Assembly: GCA_016190205.1 (NCBI GenBank)
Contig: JACPQZ010000033.1
Coordinates: 1-56,449, forward strand
Source of the DNA: Candidatus Omnitrophota bacterium
GTDB taxonomy: Bacteria; Omnitrophota; JACPQZ01
Direction: 5' to 3'
Length of the DNA: 56,449 nucleotides
Made by a program: the position numbers and the translations under genes. Below the pieces are notes generated by a model. The model had not been told where the DNA came from, did not search any database, and saw only the letters and a list, made by a program, of their open reading frames with translations. The first letter of the stretch is position 1. Every line of letters begins with the position of its first letter. Below are positions 54,875 to 56,449 of this stretch, piece by piece.

Positions 54875-56449
54875 ATGAAAAAAATAAAAATATTTTTGTG
54901 TGATCTTATCCATGATTCATTTAGAACAAGAGAAGACTGGAATTCGGTCCCCTTGAATATCGGCTTTATAGGTGCGTTCCTCAAGCGTGAGGTTGGCGAT
55001 TCGGTTGATTTGGCCTTATTTAAATATCCTCAAAAACTTATTGAAACCATGAAAACAGATATTCCTGATGTAATTGGCTTTTCGTTTTACACCTGGAACC
55101 AAGAGCTGGTTCTTTTTATAGCCGGAAAAATCAAGCAAGCCCACCCCGATGTTCTAATTGTCTTGGGAGGACCAAACATTGACACAACCGAGGAGTTTCT
55201 GACCAACTTTTTTATAAGCAACCCCCAAATTGATTACTATATACCTTACGAGGGCGAAGAAACGTTTATGGAGCTGGTAAAGGCCTATATGGCAAATAAG
55301 GACATCGGCAAGTTAAAAAGGACCAAAATTATGGGTGTGGCTACGTACACCGATGAATTGAACTATACAGATAAATCGAAGTTACCCCGGAGCAAGGATC
55401 TAACATATCCGTCCCCCTATTTGACCGGCTTGTTAGACGAATTCGTTAAAGATCCTTTTCTCTATCCGTTGTTTGAAACAAACCGAGGTTGTCCGTTTTC
55501 CTGTACGTTCTGTACGTGGGGCGTTTCTGTATTGAGTAAAATGAGACGATGGCCATTGGAGCAGGTCATGGGTGAATTCGAGTATGTTTATAATAACGGG
55601 GCCCATCAACCCTGCTGGCTTTTTGCGGACAGCAATTTTGGTATGTACGAAAGGGATTTGGACATTGCCAAGCGTATCAAAGAGATAAGCAACCGCTCCA
55701 ATGGCCCGAAGAAAATACAAGCGTGGAATTCCAAAAATTCAGCTAAAAGAAATATAAAAATTGCCGACATTCTGGGAAATATCAACGGCTTTCTTGTAGC
55801 TTTTCAGAGTCTTGACGATGACGTTCTTAAACATATGAAAAGAAGCAACATTAAGGAAAAAGATCTGCTGGAGATAGTCACCCATTTTCGTGATAAGGAA
55901 GCCAATGTGGAAACCGATATCCTGGTCGGTTCTCCCGGAGAAACGTATCATAGTCATATCAAAACACTGAGAAAATGTTTTGATTATGATATTCGCTGGA
56001 TTCGTTTGATCAACATTCGCATGATAGCCGGTTCTGAAATGGCTTCAAAGGAAAGCCGTGAGAAATTTGATATCAGGACAAAATATCGCCTCAATAAAGA
56101 TGCCTATGGAAAATACTACGGCGAATGGGTTATTGACCCCGAAGAAATCATTCAGGGAACGAATACCATGAGTGAAGAAGAAATGCTGAAAATTAAGCCT
56201 GTACATTTTTTCATCTGGTTGTTTTGGAATATCGGTCTGTTGAAACCCATGCTGCTTGTTGCCATGGAGTGCGAAGTTAATCCACTGGACATTATTTTGG
56301 GTTTGGTCGAAAACAAGCATAATATATCACCGGAATTTGTAAAGATACTGGATGATTATAATGATGAATCTTCGAAAGAGCTTTTTGAAACGAAAGAGGA
56401 ATTGGTAACGTTTTATAAGAAGCAGGAGAATATCGAAGAGATATTAAAG
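54875..56449 (+). CDS. Cobalamin-dependent radical SAM enzyme, truncated by window end (absent from the ORF track)
   Basis: Manual translation from ATG 54875 (SD GGGGAG): MKKIKIFLCDLIHD...VPLNIGFI...GFSFYTWN...LGGPN...YEGE...FETNRGCPFSCTFCTWG (Cys codons at 55490, 55502, 55511)...ADSNFG; no in-frame stop seen before the window end. Confidence 0.88.
   Translation, partial: MKKIKIFLCDLIHDSFRTREDWNSVPLNIGFIGAFLKREVGDSVDLALFKYPQKLIETMKTDIPDVIGFSFYTWNQELVLFIAGKIKQAHPDVLIVLGGPNIDTTEEFLTNFFISNPQIDYYIPYEGEETFMELVKAYMANKDIGKLKRTKIMGVATYTDELNYTDKSKLPRSKDLTYPSPYLTGLLDEFVKDPFLYPLFETNRGCPFSCTFCTWGVSVLSKMRRWPLEQVMGEFEYVYNNGAHQPCWLFADSNFGMYERDLDIAKRIKEISNRSNGPKKIQAWNSKNSAKRNIKIADILGNINGFLVAFQSLDDDVLKHMKRSNIKEKDLLEIVTHFRDKEANVETDILVGSPGETYHSHIKTLRKCFDYDIRWIRLINIRMIAGSEMASKESREKFDIRTKYRLNKDAYGKYYGEWVIDPEEIIQGTNTMSEEEMLKIKPVHFFIWLFWNIGLLKPMLLVAMECEVNPLDIILGLVENKHNISPEFVKILDDYNDESSKELFETKEELVTFYKKQENIEEILK

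Larger units (their letters stand above)
9..56449 (+). other. Large unidirectional cell-surface glycan / nucleotide-sugar biosynthesis gene cluster (open at both window edges)
   Basis: About 53 consecutive + strand CDSs, most with overlapping stop/start codons. Longest gaps are about 63-64 bp. Content is dominated by nucleotide-sugar enzymes, glycosyltransferases and an ABC exporter. Confidence 0.93.

Noticed and set aside
1-56449. CRISPR arrays, tRNA/rRNA, IS elements, integrases, phase-variable simple repeats
   Set aside because: None were recognised by eye. Coding density leaves no room for arrays, and the G-runs seen are short and in-frame within intact genes.
1-56449. Antibiotic (secondary metabolite) biosynthetic cluster
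   Set aside because: No aglycone synthase, GT1 natural-product glycosyltransferase, resistance gene or pathway regulator is in the window, and GtrB/GT-C, NeuA, heptose and PglK-like genes point to surface glycans. It is not fully excluded because the flanks are unseen.

Overview
The window holds about 53 genes, all on the + strand and mostly translationally coupled (ATGA/GTGA/TTGA overlaps). It is an internal piece of a very large cell-surface glycan (O-antigen, capsule or glycoprotein-type) biosynthesis locus from a fairly GC-rich bacterium, and it runs off both ends. Nearly every gene encodes a nucleotide-sugar enzyme. These include duplicated GDP-heptose/6-deoxyheptose enzymes (2x HddA-like, HddC-GmhB fusion, GmhA, 2x DmhA/WcbK-like), a domain-reversed HldE-like protein and four ThDP-dependent carbon-transfer systems without E2/E3. 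There are also two B12 radical SAM enzymes, C- and O-methyltransferases, a split NDP-hexose 2,3-dehydratase with a 3-ketoreductase, tandem DegT aminotransferases and two CMP-sugar synthetases. Assembly and export genes are a PglK-like ABC exporter and two GT2 + GT-C pairs. The most unusual items are an AKR-ParB/Srx-like-RmlC triple fusion, a pair of small membrane/winged-helix proteins inside a GT2/GT-C module that lacks GtrA, a candidate C-methyl-6-deoxyheptose module, SDRs lacking the catalytic Tyr, and an AT-rich radical SAM gene at the right edge that the ORF track misses. No RNA genes, CRISPR arrays or mobile elements were recognised. All product calls come from motif recognition by eye, with no database searches.
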